Part shown: positions 28,191-38,957 of the stretch, piece after piece
Layout: every line of letters starts with the position of its first letter
Position numbering within the stretch: position 1 is the first letter of the stretch
Source of the DNA: Candidatus Avispirillum sp.
GTDB lineage: Bacteria; Bacillota; Clostridia; Oscillospirales; CAG-272
Length of the DNA stretch: 64,000 bases
NCBI GenBank assembly: GCA_045641325.1
Contig: JAZUGU010000039.1
Span: 219-64,218 of the forward strand
Direction: 5' to 3'
Notes under the pieces: model-generated
The model's input: the letters and a program-made list of their open reading frames with translations, nothing else
Databases searched by the model: none
Told to the model about the DNA's origin: nothing
Translations under genes and position numbers: made by a program

Positions 28191-29675
28191 TCAGTTTCTG
28201 AAGATAAAGTCAGCCATGGCGGCGGGCTCTATCGTATCGGAGAAGCGGATGGGAAGCGTGAGTGTCTCCGTAAGGGGACGGGGGGCTTTCGTACCGCTTA
28301 TATTCTCAAGCTTTTCAAGGATCTTGCCGGGTTCTGTGCTGTCTGCGGGATCACCGAGGCTCTTGCACACGTCTGCGGCAAACTTGTAGGGGCTTGCGGT
28401 GGATGCGATAACCGTCACAGTTTCGTCCCCGGATATCTGTCTGTATTCATCAAGACATCCTATGGCAACAGAGGTGTGAGTATCGGCAAGATACTTATCA
28501 CCGTCAAACGTTTTTTTGATTACCTTTGCGGTCTCCTCCTCGGGACAGCAGAATCCCGCAAATACGGAGCTGATTTTCAGAAGCACGTCGTCGGAAACGG
28601 TGTAGCATCCGTTTTCCGCAAGCTCTTTCATATAGCCTGCCGTTTTTTCCGGACCTGCGATGAGGTAAAGAAGACGTTCAAGATTCGAGGAAATCAGTAT
28701 ATCCATCGAGGGAGACATCGTCTTATAGAAGTCTCTGTTCCTGTCATATGTTCCGGTGCGGATGAAATCGGTAAGAACACAGTTTGCGTTGGATGCACAG
28801 ATGAGACGCTTCACGGGCAGCCCCATTTCCTTTGCAATATAAGCGGCAAAGATGTTGCCGAAATTTCCCGTGGGAACACATATGTTGATCACGTCACCGT
28901 TTGAGATCTTACCCATATTGATGAGATCGCAGTACGCGGAAACGTAGTATACAATCTGAGGTGCAAGTCTGCCCCAGTTGATGGAGTTCGCGCTGGAAAA
29001 GAAGAAACCTGCGTCATCTGCTTTTTTCGCAAGATCTGCATCTGCGAAAATGGCCTTGACACCGTTCTGCGCATCATCAAAGTTGCCGAAAACTGCGGCA
29101 ACGTTCACGTTTTCGCCCTTCTGTGTAGTCATCTGCATTTTCTGCATCTGGCTGACACCGTCGTTGGGAAAGAAAACAGTAATGTCAACGCCGGGAACGT
29201 CCCTGTATCCCTCAAGTGCGGCCTTTCCCGTATCTCCGGAGGTAGCCACGAGGATGTGCGCGCGCTTCTTTTCTCCGGTCATTTCAAGTGCCGAGGAAAG
29301 AAGCCGGGGCATTATCTGGAGAGCCATATCCTTGAACGCGCAGGTGGGACCGTGCCAAAGCTCGAGTGAATATTTTTCTTTGCCTATGTCGCAAAGCTGT
29401 GCGGCACCGCCGGGAAATCTTTCTTCGGAGTAGGCCTCCGTACAGTCCTTCATAAGCTTTTCCTTATCGTAATCCGTAAGGAAAAGGGAAAGGATCTCGC
29501 ATGCTCTTGCCTCATAGGGAAGAGTGCGGAGCTTTTCGATATCATCGGCTGACAGCTGAGGGATGCTTTCGGGCATGTAAAGGCCCTTATCGGGCGCGAG
29601 GCCCTTTTTGATCGCTTCAGCGGAGCTGACTTTTACCGGTGCGGCGGATGTGTCTCTGGTGCTTACGTATTTCAT
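28191..29675 (-). CDS. thrC: Threonine synthase
   Basis: PLP-lysine context PTCAFKDMALQ. About 494 aa, long-form ThrC. Confidence 0.93.
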   Translation of the reverse strand: MKYVSTRDTSAAPVKVSSAEAIKKGLAPDKGLYMPESIPQLSADDIEKLRTLPYEARACEILSLFLTDYDKEKLMKDCTEAYSEERFPGGAAQLCDIGKEKYSLELWHGPTCAFKDMALQIMPRLLSSALEMTGEKKRAHILVATSGDTGKAALEGYRDVPGVDITVFFPNDGVSQMQKMQMTTQKGENVNVAAVFGNFDDAQNGVKAIFADADLAKKADDAGFFFSSANSINWGRLAPQIVYYVSAYCDLINMGKISNGDVINICVPTGNFGNIFAAYIAKEMGLPVKRLICASNANCVLTDFIRTGTYDRNRDFYKTMSPSMDILISSNLERLLYLIAGPEKTAGYMKELAENGCYTVSDDVLLKISSVFAGFCCPEEETAKVIKKTFDGDKYLADTHTSVAIGCLDEYRQISGDETVTVIASTASPYKFAADVCKSLGDPADSTEPGKILEKLENISGTKAPRPLTETLTLPIRFSDTIEPAAMADFIFRN

Positions 29676-29693
29676 AAATATTCCGGTGTGCCG

Positions 29694-30086
29694 TCATCTA
29701 TGAACGGCGTTCTCCATATGTAAGATTTTAAGTACTTTGTAATCCTCGCATTGCGGGCTTATATATACCTCGACGACGTCTATTCTCGGTATAAGTCCGG
29801 AAATGCTTTCACGGTTCTTTTTAAGATATTGCTCTGCGGCGGATATCAGCTTCATCTGCTTTCGGCGGTCAACAGCGGCGGCAGGCCTGCCGAAACGGTG
29901 ATATGTGCCGGGGAATTCTTTTCTTGTTTTAACCTCGACAAATACTATATTCCTGTCGTTCTTTACGATAATATCGGTTTCAAGATGACCGCAGCGAACG
30001 TTTCTGCCGATGATTTTGTAGCCTTTCCCCGCGAGAAAGGCGGCGGCGCTTGCTTCGCCTTTTCTTCCGGTTTCTTTACTGTCCAT
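29694..30086 (-). CDS. YraN family (UPF0102) endonuclease-like protein
   Basis: GRKGEASAAAFL...YKIIGRN...GELDII-type core (ETDIIV...VFVEVKTR). Confidence 0.85.
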   Translation of the reverse strand: MDSKETGRKGEASAAAFLAGKGYKIIGRNVRCGHLETDIIVKNDRNIVFVEVKTRKEFPGTYHRFGRPAAAVDRRKQMKLISAAEQYLKKNRESISGLIPRIDVVEVYISPQCEDYKVLKILHMENAVHR

Positions 30087-30726
30087 CGGAATTGCGTTTT
30101 TTCAAAGCTTCTTCAAGCTTATCACGGTCTCTCTCGAGGAAAGAAAGAAAAGATTTTCTGTGGCAGGGGCTGGGACCGAATTCGTAAACGGCCAGCTTGT
30201 GATCCTTAGTCGGATAGCCCTTGTGCTTGGAAAAACCGTATTGAGGATACAATTCGTCAAGCTCCATGCACATTCTGTCCCTGGTCACCTTTGCGAGGAT
30301 CGAAGCCGCGGCGATCGACTGGGATATTGCATCGCCTCCGATAACGGCTTTGGCGGGGATCTGAAATCCACGGTCGATATTTCCGTCAACGAGGACGAAA
30401 TCAGGCCTCACGGAAAGACCGTCAATAGCACGGCGCATAGCCTGCAGGGAAGCGTTGAGAATGTTTAGCTCGTCTATCTCTTCCGGGGTGGAAAGGGCAA
30501 CGCTCCAGGCAATTGCTTTTTCCGTGATCTCGAAATACAGCTTTTCACGTTTTTTTTCGGTGAGCTTTTTGGAATCGTCAAGTCCTTCGATCACGATGCC
30601 CGCGGGCAGGATGCAGGCTCCGGCGACAACAGGACCGGCAAGCGGTCCGCGTCCGGCTTCATCCGTGCCGCATATGATCTTATATCCCGCACTGCGGAAC
30701 TGTTCTTCAAATGAAAGATCGAGCAT
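30076..30726 (-). CDS. rnhB: Ribonuclease HII
   Basis: GTDEAGRGPLAGPVV and DDSKKL motifs. Confidence 0.93.
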   Translation of the reverse strand: MLDLSFEEQFRSAGYKIICGTDEAGRGPLAGPVVAGACILPAGIVIEGLDDSKKLTEKKREKLYFEITEKAIAWSVALSTPEEIDELNILNASLQAMRRAIDGLSVRPDFVLVDGNIDRGFQIPAKAVIGGDAISQSIAAASILAKVTRDRMCMELDELYPQYGFSKHKGYPTKDHKLAVYEFGPSPCHRKSFLSFLERDRDKLEEALKKRNSDGQ

Positions 30727-30727
30727 T

Positions 30728-31588
30728 TCAAGGCCTTTCCAATGTAATTCTTCCTATTTTGCAGTTTCTGAACTCTTCGAGAAGCATAAGAGCCGTTCTT
30801 TCCGTGTTTATATCTCCGCCGGAAACGAGGAATCCGCGCTTCTTGCCGACGGCGCAGAGCAGGTCGTATGCATCGAGCTCTGATACCTCGGCCTCCGCAA
30901 GCTTATAACGCTCACAGAATAACTGCGGATAAAGCTCAAGAAGTCTTTTTGCAAGTATCATACCGAGCTCTTCGGTATCGAGAATGGCGTCCTTGATGGC
31001 GCCGGTGGCGGCAAGATTTTCTCCTGTCAGCCTGTCCTCAAACTTGGGCCAGAGAACTCCTGGCATATCGAGAAGCTCAAATCCCTGGTTGGTAGTGACC
31101 CATTGCTTGTTGAGAGTCACACCCGGGCGGTTTTCAACTTTCGCTTTCTTCTGACCGGAGAGCTTGTTCACAAGAGAAGATTTTCCTACGTTGGGAATAC
31201 CGACGACCATGGCGCGCAGCTTTTTTCCCGCCATGCCTTTTTCTTCAAATTTTTTGATTTTATCGTCAAGTATCTCTCTCACGGATGAGCCGATTCTGTT
31301 GAAATTCTCTCCTGTAATGCAGTCTACTGCAAGAGCACGGATATTTCTCCCTGCATAATGGGATATCCATTCCTTTGTAGCCGCAGGATCGGCAAGAGAG
31401 GCCTTGTTGAGAAGGACAAGAGAAGGCTTCTGTCCGATGAGATCGGCGATCTCCGGGTTCTTTGAGCTTTGTGGTATCCTTGCATCAAGGAGCTCAATGA
31501 TTATATCTACATTTTTCAGGTTTTCTGCGATCAGCCGGCGTGTTTTCGCCATGTGACCGGGAAACCACTGTATCTGTTGTGATGGCAT
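30728..31588 (-). CDS. rbgA: Ribosome biogenesis GTPase A (YlqF/RbgA)
   Basis: QWFPGHMAK and circularly permuted G motifs (NKASL...GIPNVGKSS). Confidence 0.93.
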   Translation of the reverse strand: MPSQQIQWFPGHMAKTRRLIAENLKNVDIIIELLDARIPQSSKNPEIADLIGQKPSLVLLNKASLADPAATKEWISHYAGRNIRALAVDCITGENFNRIGSSVREILDDKIKKFEEKGMAGKKLRAMVVGIPNVGKSSLVNKLSGQKKAKVENRPGVTLNKQWVTTNQGFELLDMPGVLWPKFEDRLTGENLAATGAIKDAILDTEELGMILAKRLLELYPQLFCERYKLAEAEVSELDAYDLLCAVGKKRGFLVSGGDINTERTALMLLEEFRNCKIGRITLERP

Positions 31589-31591
31589 TTT

Positions 31592-32599
31592 TTATTTTCC
31601 GGTATAGGGATTCTTAAAGGCAGTGATGCTTCCTAAGGGGAGTACTCTGAAATACGCTTTTCCGAAAATACAGCGCTCATCCACAAGCCCCACACGGCTG
31701 TCTCTGCTGTCTGTGGAATTGTTTCTGTTGTCTCCCATAACAAATACGTAACCCTCGGGTACGACAACGGTCTGCTCGCCGATCCGATTTTGATAGGGCT
31801 CTTTTTTTATAAAGCTCTGGTCGAGCCGGCGCACCTCTCCGTCTGCACCGGTCACGCTTACCGTGCCGTCGATGGATATACGGATCGTTTCTCCGCCTAC
31901 CGCCATGACTCTTTTTACAAGCGGATTGCGGAGCTGCTCTGTGGAGAGAGAAGTGTTTTGCAGAACAACAATATCACCGACGGCAGGCTCATAGAACAGA
32001 TCGGAAACCAACAGATATTCACCGTTCTGCAATGTGTCGTTCATGGATTTGCCGTCAACTCTCGTGAGCCTTGCAACAAAAGAGAAAAACACGATTATGC
32101 ATGCCATGCAAATAGTGAAGACCTCGAGAAAATCGAAGAACCAGTCGACCACCTTCCGTGCTTTCACATCTCCGGTGAGCTTATCCGTGTCAATAGCTTC
32201 TGCTTCCTCGGATTCGGGTTTTTCTGCCTCCAGCTCCTCGAAAAGGCTGTCGAGAGAGTCATATCCCTCAAGCAGATCGTTGTTCCGGTCGGCGATCTGA
32301 ACGTCCGGTATCTGCTCGAAAACTTCTTCCTCGGGGGAGAAAACTTCGGGCATGATATCCTCGGGCTCCTCTATGGGAGCTTCCTCCGCGGTTGCGGTTT
32401 CCTCCGGATTTTCCGCAGCTGCTTTTGGAACCGGAACCGAACTGCGATGCGGATCAGTCATACCGAGAGCAATATTGCGTTCTTTGTTTTCTGTCTCGAT
32501 CGTTTTTTCAAGCTCTTCCGGCGACATATCGTATTCATCCGGAAAATATCCTTTCAGCGAGGAATATATGTCTTCGTTTTTGTTATTCTTGTTGTCCAT
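31592..32599 (-). CDS. lepB: Signal peptidase I with about 150-aa acidic N-terminal extension
   Basis: GKSMNDTL (Ser box), VKRVMAVGGE (Lys box) and GDNRNNSTDSR. The N-terminal region is Glu/Asp/Pro-rich. Confidence 0.85.
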   Translation of the reverse strand: MDNKNNKNEDIYSSLKGYFPDEYDMSPEELEKTIETENKERNIALGMTDPHRSSVPVPKAAAENPEETATAEEAPIEEPEDIMPEVFSPEEEVFEQIPDVQIADRNNDLLEGYDSLDSLFEELEAEKPESEEAEAIDTDKLTGDVKARKVVDWFFDFLEVFTICMACIIVFFSFVARLTRVDGKSMNDTLQNGEYLLVSDLFYEPAVGDIVVLQNTSLSTEQLRNPLVKRVMAVGGETIRISIDGTVSVTGADGEVRRLDQSFIKKEPYQNRIGEQTVVVPEGYVFVMGDNRNNSTDSRDSRVGLVDERCIFGKAYFRVLPLGSITAFKNPYTGK

Positions 32600-32880
32600 A
32601 CTGTGCCTTTCTTTGCCAATTTAAGGTCATCGCATTACACATTAATTCAATATATTCTAACATAACGGCAAGCGATTTACAACCTTTTTACTATATGTTT
32701 TTCAATAATCAAAGGGAAAATATAAGTGAAATCCCGATATTTTCAAAAAATCTCGAAAAAAATGAAAAAAACACTTGCAAAACCGAAATGAATGTGGTAT
32801 TATACCCGATGTATGAGATTGTTCGCTGAGGCACCCTCTCAGGCTGATGCGACGCTTTTATTTTAATCAGGAGGATGAAA

Positions 32881-33144
32881 ATGCCTAACATTAAAAGTGC
32901 AAAAAAGCGCGTAAAAGTTACTGCAGTTAAGACTCTTCGCAACAAGATGTTCAAGAGCCAGATGAAGACTACTATCAAGAAGTTCTATGCAGCAGTAGAA
33001 AGCGGCGACAAGGCAGCAGCTGCAGAAGCTTATAAGGCAGCAGTTGTTATTATCGACAAGGCAGCAGCTCGCAACGTTATCCATAAGAACGCTGCAGCTC
33101 ACAAGAAGAGTCAGTTCACTCTGGCACTTAACAAGCTTGCTTGA
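32881..33144 (+). CDS. rpsT: 30S ribosomal protein S20
   Basis: MPNIKSAKKRVK... and AGGAGG 7 nt upstream. The ORF-track start at 32875 overlaps the RBS. Confidence 0.93.
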   Translation: MPNIKSAKKRVKVTAVKTLRNKMFKSQMKTTIKKFYAAVESGDKAAAAEAYKAAVVIIDKAAARNVIHKNAAAHKKSQFTLALNKLA

Positions 33145-33159
33145 CAAACTAACGAATAA

Positions 33160-33200
33160 AAAGCACCGATGCCATGCTCCGGCGATCGGTGCTTTTTATT
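33160..33200 (+). terminator. Intrinsic terminator after rpsT
   Basis: agcaccgat...atcggtgct followed by ttttatt. Confidence 0.6.
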
Positions 33201-33223
33201 AATTAAAAAATGTGAAATCGTAC

Positions 33224-33252
33224 TTGACAAAGCAAAAATGATAGGGTATAAT
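33224..33252 (+). promoter_or_regulatory. Promoter of tRNA-Val
   Basis: TTGACA, 17 nt spacer, TATAAT. Confidence 0.55.
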
Positions 33253-33263
33253 GTAAAAGCTTT

Positions 33264-33340
33264 GAGGGTGTAGCTCAGCTGGTTAGAGTGTCTGCTTGAC
33301 ATGCAGAAGGTCGGTGGTTCGAGTCCACTCATCCTCACCA
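33264..33340 (+). tRNA. tRNA-Val (anticodon GAC)
   Basis: Hand-folded cloverleaf. Acceptor gagggtg/catcctc, anticodon loop ttGACat, T-loop ttcgagt, CCA encoded. Confidence 0.93.
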
Positions 33341-33341
33341 A

Positions 33342-33368
33342 AATCCGTCCTTTCGGGCGGATTTTTTA
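33342..33368 (+). terminator. Intrinsic terminator after tRNA-Val
   Basis: atccgtcc-tttc-gggcggat followed by T6. Confidence 0.65.
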
Positions 33369-33413
33369 TTATATCCAAAAGGTTATTGTAAAATTCTGAC
33401 GAAAGTGATATAA

Positions 33414-34934
33414 TTATAGGTGAAGTTTGCCGCCGAGGAACAGAATTCCCGCATAAGCAGCGCAGAAAACGGCAATTTCCGCCGGAGTTCCGCCGATATA
33501 TATCCTGCTTGTGACCGTCTTAAGAATAATACACAGCAGTGATGCCGTGACTGCCGGACGGACAAACCATGAAATGCCGAATTTCAGCCCGGTCACGGAG
33601 ACCGTTTTGCCGATACTGAGAGCGGCGTTGATACATTCTGATGAATATATACATACAATATAACCGATAACACCCATTCTCGGCACGAGAAGAGTAACGA
33701 TTATAAGGCTGAGAGTGGCATCGAGAATATTCACCTTCATGCAGTATAACTGTTCTCCCATTCCCTTGAGGATGGAGTCCACGGTAGTATCAAGATACAT
33801 GATCGGAACGAGAGATGCAAGTATCACGATGTACTTTCCCGCATCCGCATTTCCGTACACGGAAATGCCCAGCCCGCTGCCGAATGTGAGAAATACTGCC
33901 GCGGCACCGATTGAAAATGCAAGACAGAATCTGACCGCGCGTTCTGCGGTATCCGCTATTTTATTCTTGTAGCCGAGTACGGAAAGCTCCGACAATTCGG
34001 GTATCAGCAGAGAAGAAAATGCACTTGTCACGGAGGACGGGAAGAGTATCAGAGGTAATGCCATTCCCTGAAGGATGCCGTATGCTGAAAGCGCCGATGC
34101 CGGATCCGCTCCGAATTTTCTGAGACCTTTCGGTATGGCAATGTGCTCGGCACAGGTCAGTCCCTGCCGTACGTATGATCCGAATGCCACGGGCAGAGCG
34201 ATCCCGCTGACACTTTTTATGCTTTCGCTCACGGTTTTCGTCTTTTCGTCGGATATCTTTCCGTCTGTTTTTATACGGTCTGTAATATACAGTACGAATG
34301 ACGTTATCATTGATAATGCTTCCGCCGCGGCAGATCCGCCGACCACGGAAAGACATGCGTATTCAACTCCGTTCGGAGCGATGATGACAAGTGCCGCAGA
34401 GGTCAGCGTGATTTTGATGAATTGCTCTGTGATGGAGACTGCCGCATTTTTGTATATTTTCCGCAGTCCCGTGAAGTAACCGGCGAGCGCAGATGACACC
34501 GCGATCGGTATCAATGCAACGGAAAGAACTCTCAACGAGGAAACGGTCCTTATGTCGCACAGCACGTTTCGTCCGATCACGCCGGACAGAGAATAGAGCA
34601 GAGTCCCCGAAACACCGCCGAAAAACAGAGAATAGATACAGCATCCCGCCATGTCGCGCCGAAGTACGCTTCGTGTTTTGCGGGCGCTGTACTGTTTTGC
34701 TTCGCATAAAGCGAGGCTTTCGGATGTTATGCGGACTGCCGCCAGATTCACCCCGGAAACGGCAAGCGTTACGGCAAAAGTATATACGCTCATAACGAGC
34801 GTGAAAAGGCCGACAGCCTCTGTCCCGATCTTTCTGGTGACGTATGCATTGAAGCTTACGGTCACCGCCCTTATCACAACAGATACAACCGATAGTAACA
34901 CTGCGTTCAGAATATATTTTTTTTGCCTGTCCAT
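33414..34934 (-). CDS. spoVB: Stage V sporulation protein B-like MOP/MurJ-family flippase
   Basis: 506 aa, about 14 TM. N-terminal region (ILNAVLLSVVSVVIRAVTVSFNAYVTRKIGTEAVGLF) is typical of SpoVB/polysaccharide-biosynthesis proteins. Confidence 0.7.
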   Translation of the reverse strand: MDRQKKYILNAVLLSVVSVVIRAVTVSFNAYVTRKIGTEAVGLFTLVMSVYTFAVTLAVSGVNLAAVRITSESLALCEAKQYSARKTRSVLRRDMAGCCIYSLFFGGVSGTLLYSLSGVIGRNVLCDIRTVSSLRVLSVALIPIAVSSALAGYFTGLRKIYKNAAVSITEQFIKITLTSAALVIIAPNGVEYACLSVVGGSAAAEALSMITSFVLYITDRIKTDGKISDEKTKTVSESIKSVSGIALPVAFGSYVRQGLTCAEHIAIPKGLRKFGADPASALSAYGILQGMALPLILFPSSVTSAFSSLLIPELSELSVLGYKNKIADTAERAVRFCLAFSIGAAAVFLTFGSGLGISVYGNADAGKYIVILASLVPIMYLDTTVDSILKGMGEQLYCMKVNILDATLSLIIVTLLVPRMGVIGYIVCIYSSECINAALSIGKTVSVTGLKFGISWFVRPAVTASLLCIILKTVTSRIYIGGTPAEIAVFCAAYAGILFLGGKLHL

Positions 34935-35006
34935 ATGATTCCCCCGAAGAATATTCGGTAAATCATATGCATGTTTCTCGCATTTCTGAACAGGAAAGGA
35001 GGCAGC

Positions 35007-35969
35007 ATGAAGAACGTATTAAAAACTGTTACCGTCATTCTCATGGCGGTTTTGCTGGCGTTCAGCTCAGTGCTGCTCGTTTTCTCGCAGACGGTGTACG
35101 GCAGGAAAGCTCCCGAAATAACTGTTGAAACCACTTCTGATACAACAGATGAGATCACAACTGAGATCACGACAGAACCGATCCTGGAAGAGCCGGTGTG
35201 CCCACCGTTTGAAATAGTAGATATCAGGGGCGGAGATCCCCTGTGCGATCATACGTGGCCAAGCTGGATAGATATGGTGCCGCCGTCTGTCGGAAAAGTC
35301 GGTACGGGCATCAGCTACTGCCCGCTGTGCGGCGCGGTACAGAAAAAAGTGCTTGAAGCGCTTCCCGACCCGGATGAACGGTTTGTGATCGACGGTGTGG
35401 AAAACATCCTCCAGAATCCCGACCTTCCCAATGGATGTGAGATCGTTTCACTTTCGATCGTACTGAATTATATGGGCGTGGAAACAGACCCGGTGAAGCT
35501 TTCAGATGAATATCTGCCGAAGGGATTATTCTGGTACGATTCCCCTTACGAGAAATATATCGGCGATCCCAAGGGGAACGGTACCGGCTGTTATGCGAAG
35601 TGCATCGCGGATACTGCTAACAGATATCTGAAAGACAAAGGCTCCGATCTTGTGTGCTACAACATCAGCGGAAAAAGCTTTGACGAACTGGAAGAGTACG
35701 TTGATGATGGCGTGCCCGTCATTGTATGGGGAACTGTGTTTATGGACTGTGATCCCACGGTGTGCTACTCATACTGGTACGGGGATGACGTGGTCACCTG
35801 GTATTCCCATTCGCATTGCCTTGTGATGATCGGCCATTCAGCGTATACATACGTGTTTGCAGACCCGCTATGCGGCATAACCAATTACTCCAGAGAAGAC
35901 GTTGAAAAAAGCTACGAGCAGGAATTCATGCAGGCTTGCATAATAATTGATCCGGAAACGAAGAATTAA
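35007..35969 (+). CDS. Membrane-anchored C39-like (Peptidase_C39_2) cysteine peptidase domain protein
   Basis: N-terminal TM, Thr/Glu-rich linker, 4-Cys cluster. Candidate catalytic Cys in LPNGCEIVSLS and His in SHSHCLVMIG. RBS aaaGGAGG before ATG 35007. Confidence 0.7.
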   Translation: MKNVLKTVTVILMAVLLAFSSVLLVFSQTVYGRKAPEITVETTSDTTDEITTEITTEPILEEPVCPPFEIVDIRGGDPLCDHTWPSWIDMVPPSVGKVGTGISYCPLCGAVQKKVLEALPDPDERFVIDGVENILQNPDLPNGCEIVSLSIVLNYMGVETDPVKLSDEYLPKGLFWYDSPYEKYIGDPKGNGTGCYAKCIADTANRYLKDKGSDLVCYNISGKSFDELEEYVDDGVPVIVWGTVFMDCDPTVCYSYWYGDDVVTWYSHSHCLVMIGHSAYTYVFADPLCGITNYSREDVEKSYEQEFMQACIIIDPETKN

Positions 35970-35979
35970 GATAAAAACA

Positions 35980-36015
35980 AAAGAAAGGCGCTCCGTCAGG
36001 AGCGCGTCTTTTATT
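35980..36015. terminator. Bidirectional terminator (peptidase gene / gap)
   Basis: gcgctcc-gtca-ggagcgc flanked by A-rich and T-rich runs. Confidence 0.6.
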
Positions 36016-36022
36016 GCTTTAA

Positions 36023-37072
36023 TTAGTCAGCGAGGTTAGCGAGATCAAGCTCTGCGAAGTACTTGATTGTACGAACCATCTGGCTGGTGTAGGAGTTCTC
36101 GTTGTCGTACCAGGAAACTACCTGAACCTGGAAGAGATCGTCACCGATCTTGGAAACCATGGTCTGAGTAGCATCGAACAGGGAACCGTATCTCATACCG
36201 ATAACGTCGGAAGAAACGATGGGCTCTTCATTGTAACCGAAGGACTCGGAAGAAGCAGCCTTCATAGCGGCGTTGATACCGTCAACGGTAACGTCAGCAC
36301 CCTTAACAACAGCGGTGAGGATGGTGGTGGAACCGGTGGGAACGGGAACTCTCTGAGCGGAACCGATCAGCTTGCCGTTCAGCTCGGGGATTACGAGACC
36401 GATAGCCTTTGCAGCACCGGTGGAGTTGGGAACGATGTTTGCAGCACCTGCACGTGCACGGCGGAGGTCACCCTTTCTGTGGGGGCCGTCCAGGATCATC
36501 TGGTCGCCGGTGTAAGCGTGGATGGTGGACATGATACCGCTCTGGATGGGAGCGTAGTCGTTAAGAGCCTTAGCCATGGGAGCGAGGCAGTTGGTGGTGC
36601 AGGATGCAGCGGAAATGATCTGATCCTCTGCGGTAAGAGTCTCGTTGTTTACGTTGTAAACGATGGTCTTAAGATCATTGCCTGCGGGAGCGGAAATAAC
36701 AACCTTCTTCGCACCTGCGTTGATGTGTGCCATGGACTTCTCCTTAGAGCAGTAGAAGCCGGTGCACTCGAGAACAACGTCAACACCGATCTGTCCCCAG
36801 GGGAGATCTGCAGCGTTCTTCTCGCTGTAAATGGTGATCTTCTTGCCGTCAACTACGATGTAGTTCTCGCCTGCCTCAACAGTGTGAGCGCCTTCACCGA
36901 TCTTGCCGCAGTAACCGCCCTGAGCGGTATCGTACTTGAGAAGGTGAGCGAGCATCTTGGGATCGGTAAGGTCGTTGATTGCAACAACTTCATAACCCTC
37001 TGCGCCGAACATCTGGCGGAATGCGAGACGGCCGATACGACCGAAACCGTTAATAGCAACTTTTACTGACAT
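36023..37072 (-). CDS. gap: Glyceraldehyde-3-phosphate dehydrogenase (type I)
   Basis: INGFGRIGR and [10 protein letters not shown] active-site motifs. Confidence 0.95.
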   Translation of the reverse strand: MSVKVAINGFGRIGRLAFRQMFGAEGYEVVAINDLTDPKMLAHLLKYDTAQGGYCGKIGEGAHTVEAGENYIVVDGKKITIYSEKNAADLPWGQIGVDVVLECTGFYCSKEKSMAHINAGAKKVVISAPAGNDLKTIVYNVNNETLTAEDQIISAASCTTNCLAPMAKALNDYAPIQSGIMSTIHAYTGDQMILDGPHRKGDLRRARAGAANIVPNSTGAAKAIGLVIPELNGKLIGSAQRVPVPTGSTTILTAVVKGADVTVDGINAAMKAASSESFGYNEEPIVSSDVIGMRYGSLFDATQTMVSKIGDDLFQVQVVSWYDNENSYTSQMVRTIKYFAELDLANLAD

Positions 37073-37316
37073 TTTGATTTCCTCCGAAATTTATATAATT
37101 TATTTTTGGAACGAAATTAAGGGAAGCTTTCACTTCCATACCACACTATATTGTAAACCAAATCTGAATAACTTACAAGCGGAAAATTCAAATTAATTCA
37201 AAATTTCCCATTTTTACAAAATAGTGATGTTTTCAATAAAACTATATGTGCAAACTGACTCTTATCCGGTCGGTCGATTCATCTCAAGTGAATAACTCCC
37301 GCTTTGAGATACCGTG

Positions 37317-38675
37317 TCAGTTTTTGAGCGCCTGAAGGGGGGCGGGGATCCTGCCGCCGCGGGATATGAACTTCGAGGGAGACTTTGCACGGTTGATATC
37401 CATGACCGGGCCGCTTCCCAGAAGTCCGCCGAATTCAAGCTCATCTCCGACGTTCTTGCCTATCGCGGGGATGATACGGACTGCGGTCGTCTTGGAGTTC
37501 ACCATACCGATGGCAGCCTCATCCGCAATCACTGCAGATATCACATCTGCGGGTGTGTCGCCGGGAATAACTATCATATCGAGACCGACGGAGCATACGG
37601 AGGTCATTGCCTCAAGCTTCTGGATAGAGAGATCGCCGTTTCTTGCCGCATCTATCATACCGGCATCCTCTGATACGGGTATGAATGCGCCGGAAAGACC
37701 GCCTACGTTGGAGGAAGCCATCACGCCGCCCTTTTTGACGGCATCGTTGAGAAGCGCAAGCGCGGCGGTAGTGCCGTGGATACCGCACACCTCGAGACCC
37801 ATTTCCTCAAGGATGTGGGCAACGGAGTCACCTACGGCGGGAGTGGGTGCAAGAGAAAGGTCAACGATACCGAAAGGAACGCCGAGCTTTTCGGATGCAA
37901 CGGTGCCCACCAGCTGGCCCATACGTGTTATTTTGAAAGCAGTCTTTTTAATTACGTCCGCTATCTGGTTCAGATCTGCATCCGGACACTTTGTGAGTGC
38001 CGCACGGACAACACCGGGGCCTGATACTCCGACGTTTATGACGCAGTCCGGCTCACCGACACCGTGGAACGCTCCCGCCATGAAAGGATTGTCCTCCGGA
38101 GCGTTGCAGAATACTACCAGCTTTGCGGGACCGATACAGTTCCGGTCTGCCGTCAGTTTTGCCGATTCCACAACGATCTTTCCCATCATGGCAACGGCAT
38201 CCATGTTTATACCGGCTTTGGTCGTGCCCACGTTAACGGAAGAGCAGACGAGCTCGGTTTCCGCGAGTGCTTCGGGAATTGAAAGGATCAGTTCACGGTC
38301 GCCGTGAGAAAAGCCCTTATGAACGAGAGCGGAGTATCCGCCTATGAAATTGACGCCTATCTCATGCGCCGCACGGTCAAGCACTTTTGCGTACTTTACC
38401 GGGTCTCCGCCGGATGATGCCACGAGCATGGATATGGGAGTGACAGATACACGCTTGTTGATTATCGGTATGCCGTACAGCCTTGATATGTCCTCTCCGG
38501 TCTTCACCAGATCACCTGCCAGACGGCAGATCTTTTCATACACCTTTCCGCATGATCTGTCTATGTCTGTGTCACAGCAGTCAAGCAGGGAAATACCCAT
38601 TGTTATGGTCCTGATGTCCAGATTATCATCCTGGATCATGTGGACCGTTTCCATTATGTCTTTGATATTAAGCAT
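37317..38675 (-). CDS. UPF0210 (DUF711) family protein
   Basis: [34 protein letters not shown]-terminus is typical of UPF0210. 452 aa from ATG 38675, 4 nt after the ACT gene stop. Confidence 0.85.
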   Translation of the reverse strand: MLNIKDIMETVHMIQDDNLDIRTITMGISLLDCCDTDIDRSCGKVYEKICRLAGDLVKTGEDISRLYGIPIINKRVSVTPISMLVASSGGDPVKYAKVLDRAAHEIGVNFIGGYSALVHKGFSHGDRELILSIPEALAETELVCSSVNVGTTKAGINMDAVAMMGKIVVESAKLTADRNCIGPAKLVVFCNAPEDNPFMAGAFHGVGEPDCVINVGVSGPGVVRAALTKCPDADLNQIADVIKKTAFKITRMGQLVGTVASEKLGVPFGIVDLSLAPTPAVGDSVAHILEEMGLEVCGIHGTTAALALLNDAVKKGGVMASSNVGGLSGAFIPVSEDAGMIDAARNGDLSIQKLEAMTSVCSVGLDMIVIPGDTPADVISAVIADEAAIGMVNSKTTAVRIIPAIGKNVGDELEFGGLLGSGPVMDINRAKSPSKFISRGGRIPAPLQALKN

Positions 38676-38679
38676 TATT

Positions 38680-38949
38680 TCAGATCCTGTGCATAGAGTT
38701 GAAAATGTCTTCGTGCATAAGGTTGATCTGCATATTGATCTCTTTTGCAAGACGGTCAAGATCGCCCTTGAGGCTCATGAAATCACATTTTTCGTGTGAA
38801 ATATCAACCAGCATTACCATAACGAACATGTCCTGAAGAACGGACTGGGTAACGTCAAGGATATTTGCATAATTCTCACTGCATTTGGTGCTGACTTTCG
38901 CAAGGATACCGAAGTTGTCCTTGCCGATAACAGATACTATCGCTCTCAT
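38680..38949 (-). CDS. ACT domain protein (UPF0237 family)
   Basis: [20 protein letters not shown]... and the conserved pairing with UPF0210. Confidence 0.85.
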   Translation of the reverse strand: MRAIVSVIGKDNFGILAKVSTKCSENYANILDVTQSVLQDMFVMVMLVDISHEKCDFMSLKGDLDRLAKEINMQINLMHEDIFNSMHRI

Positions 38950-38957
38950 TATGTACC

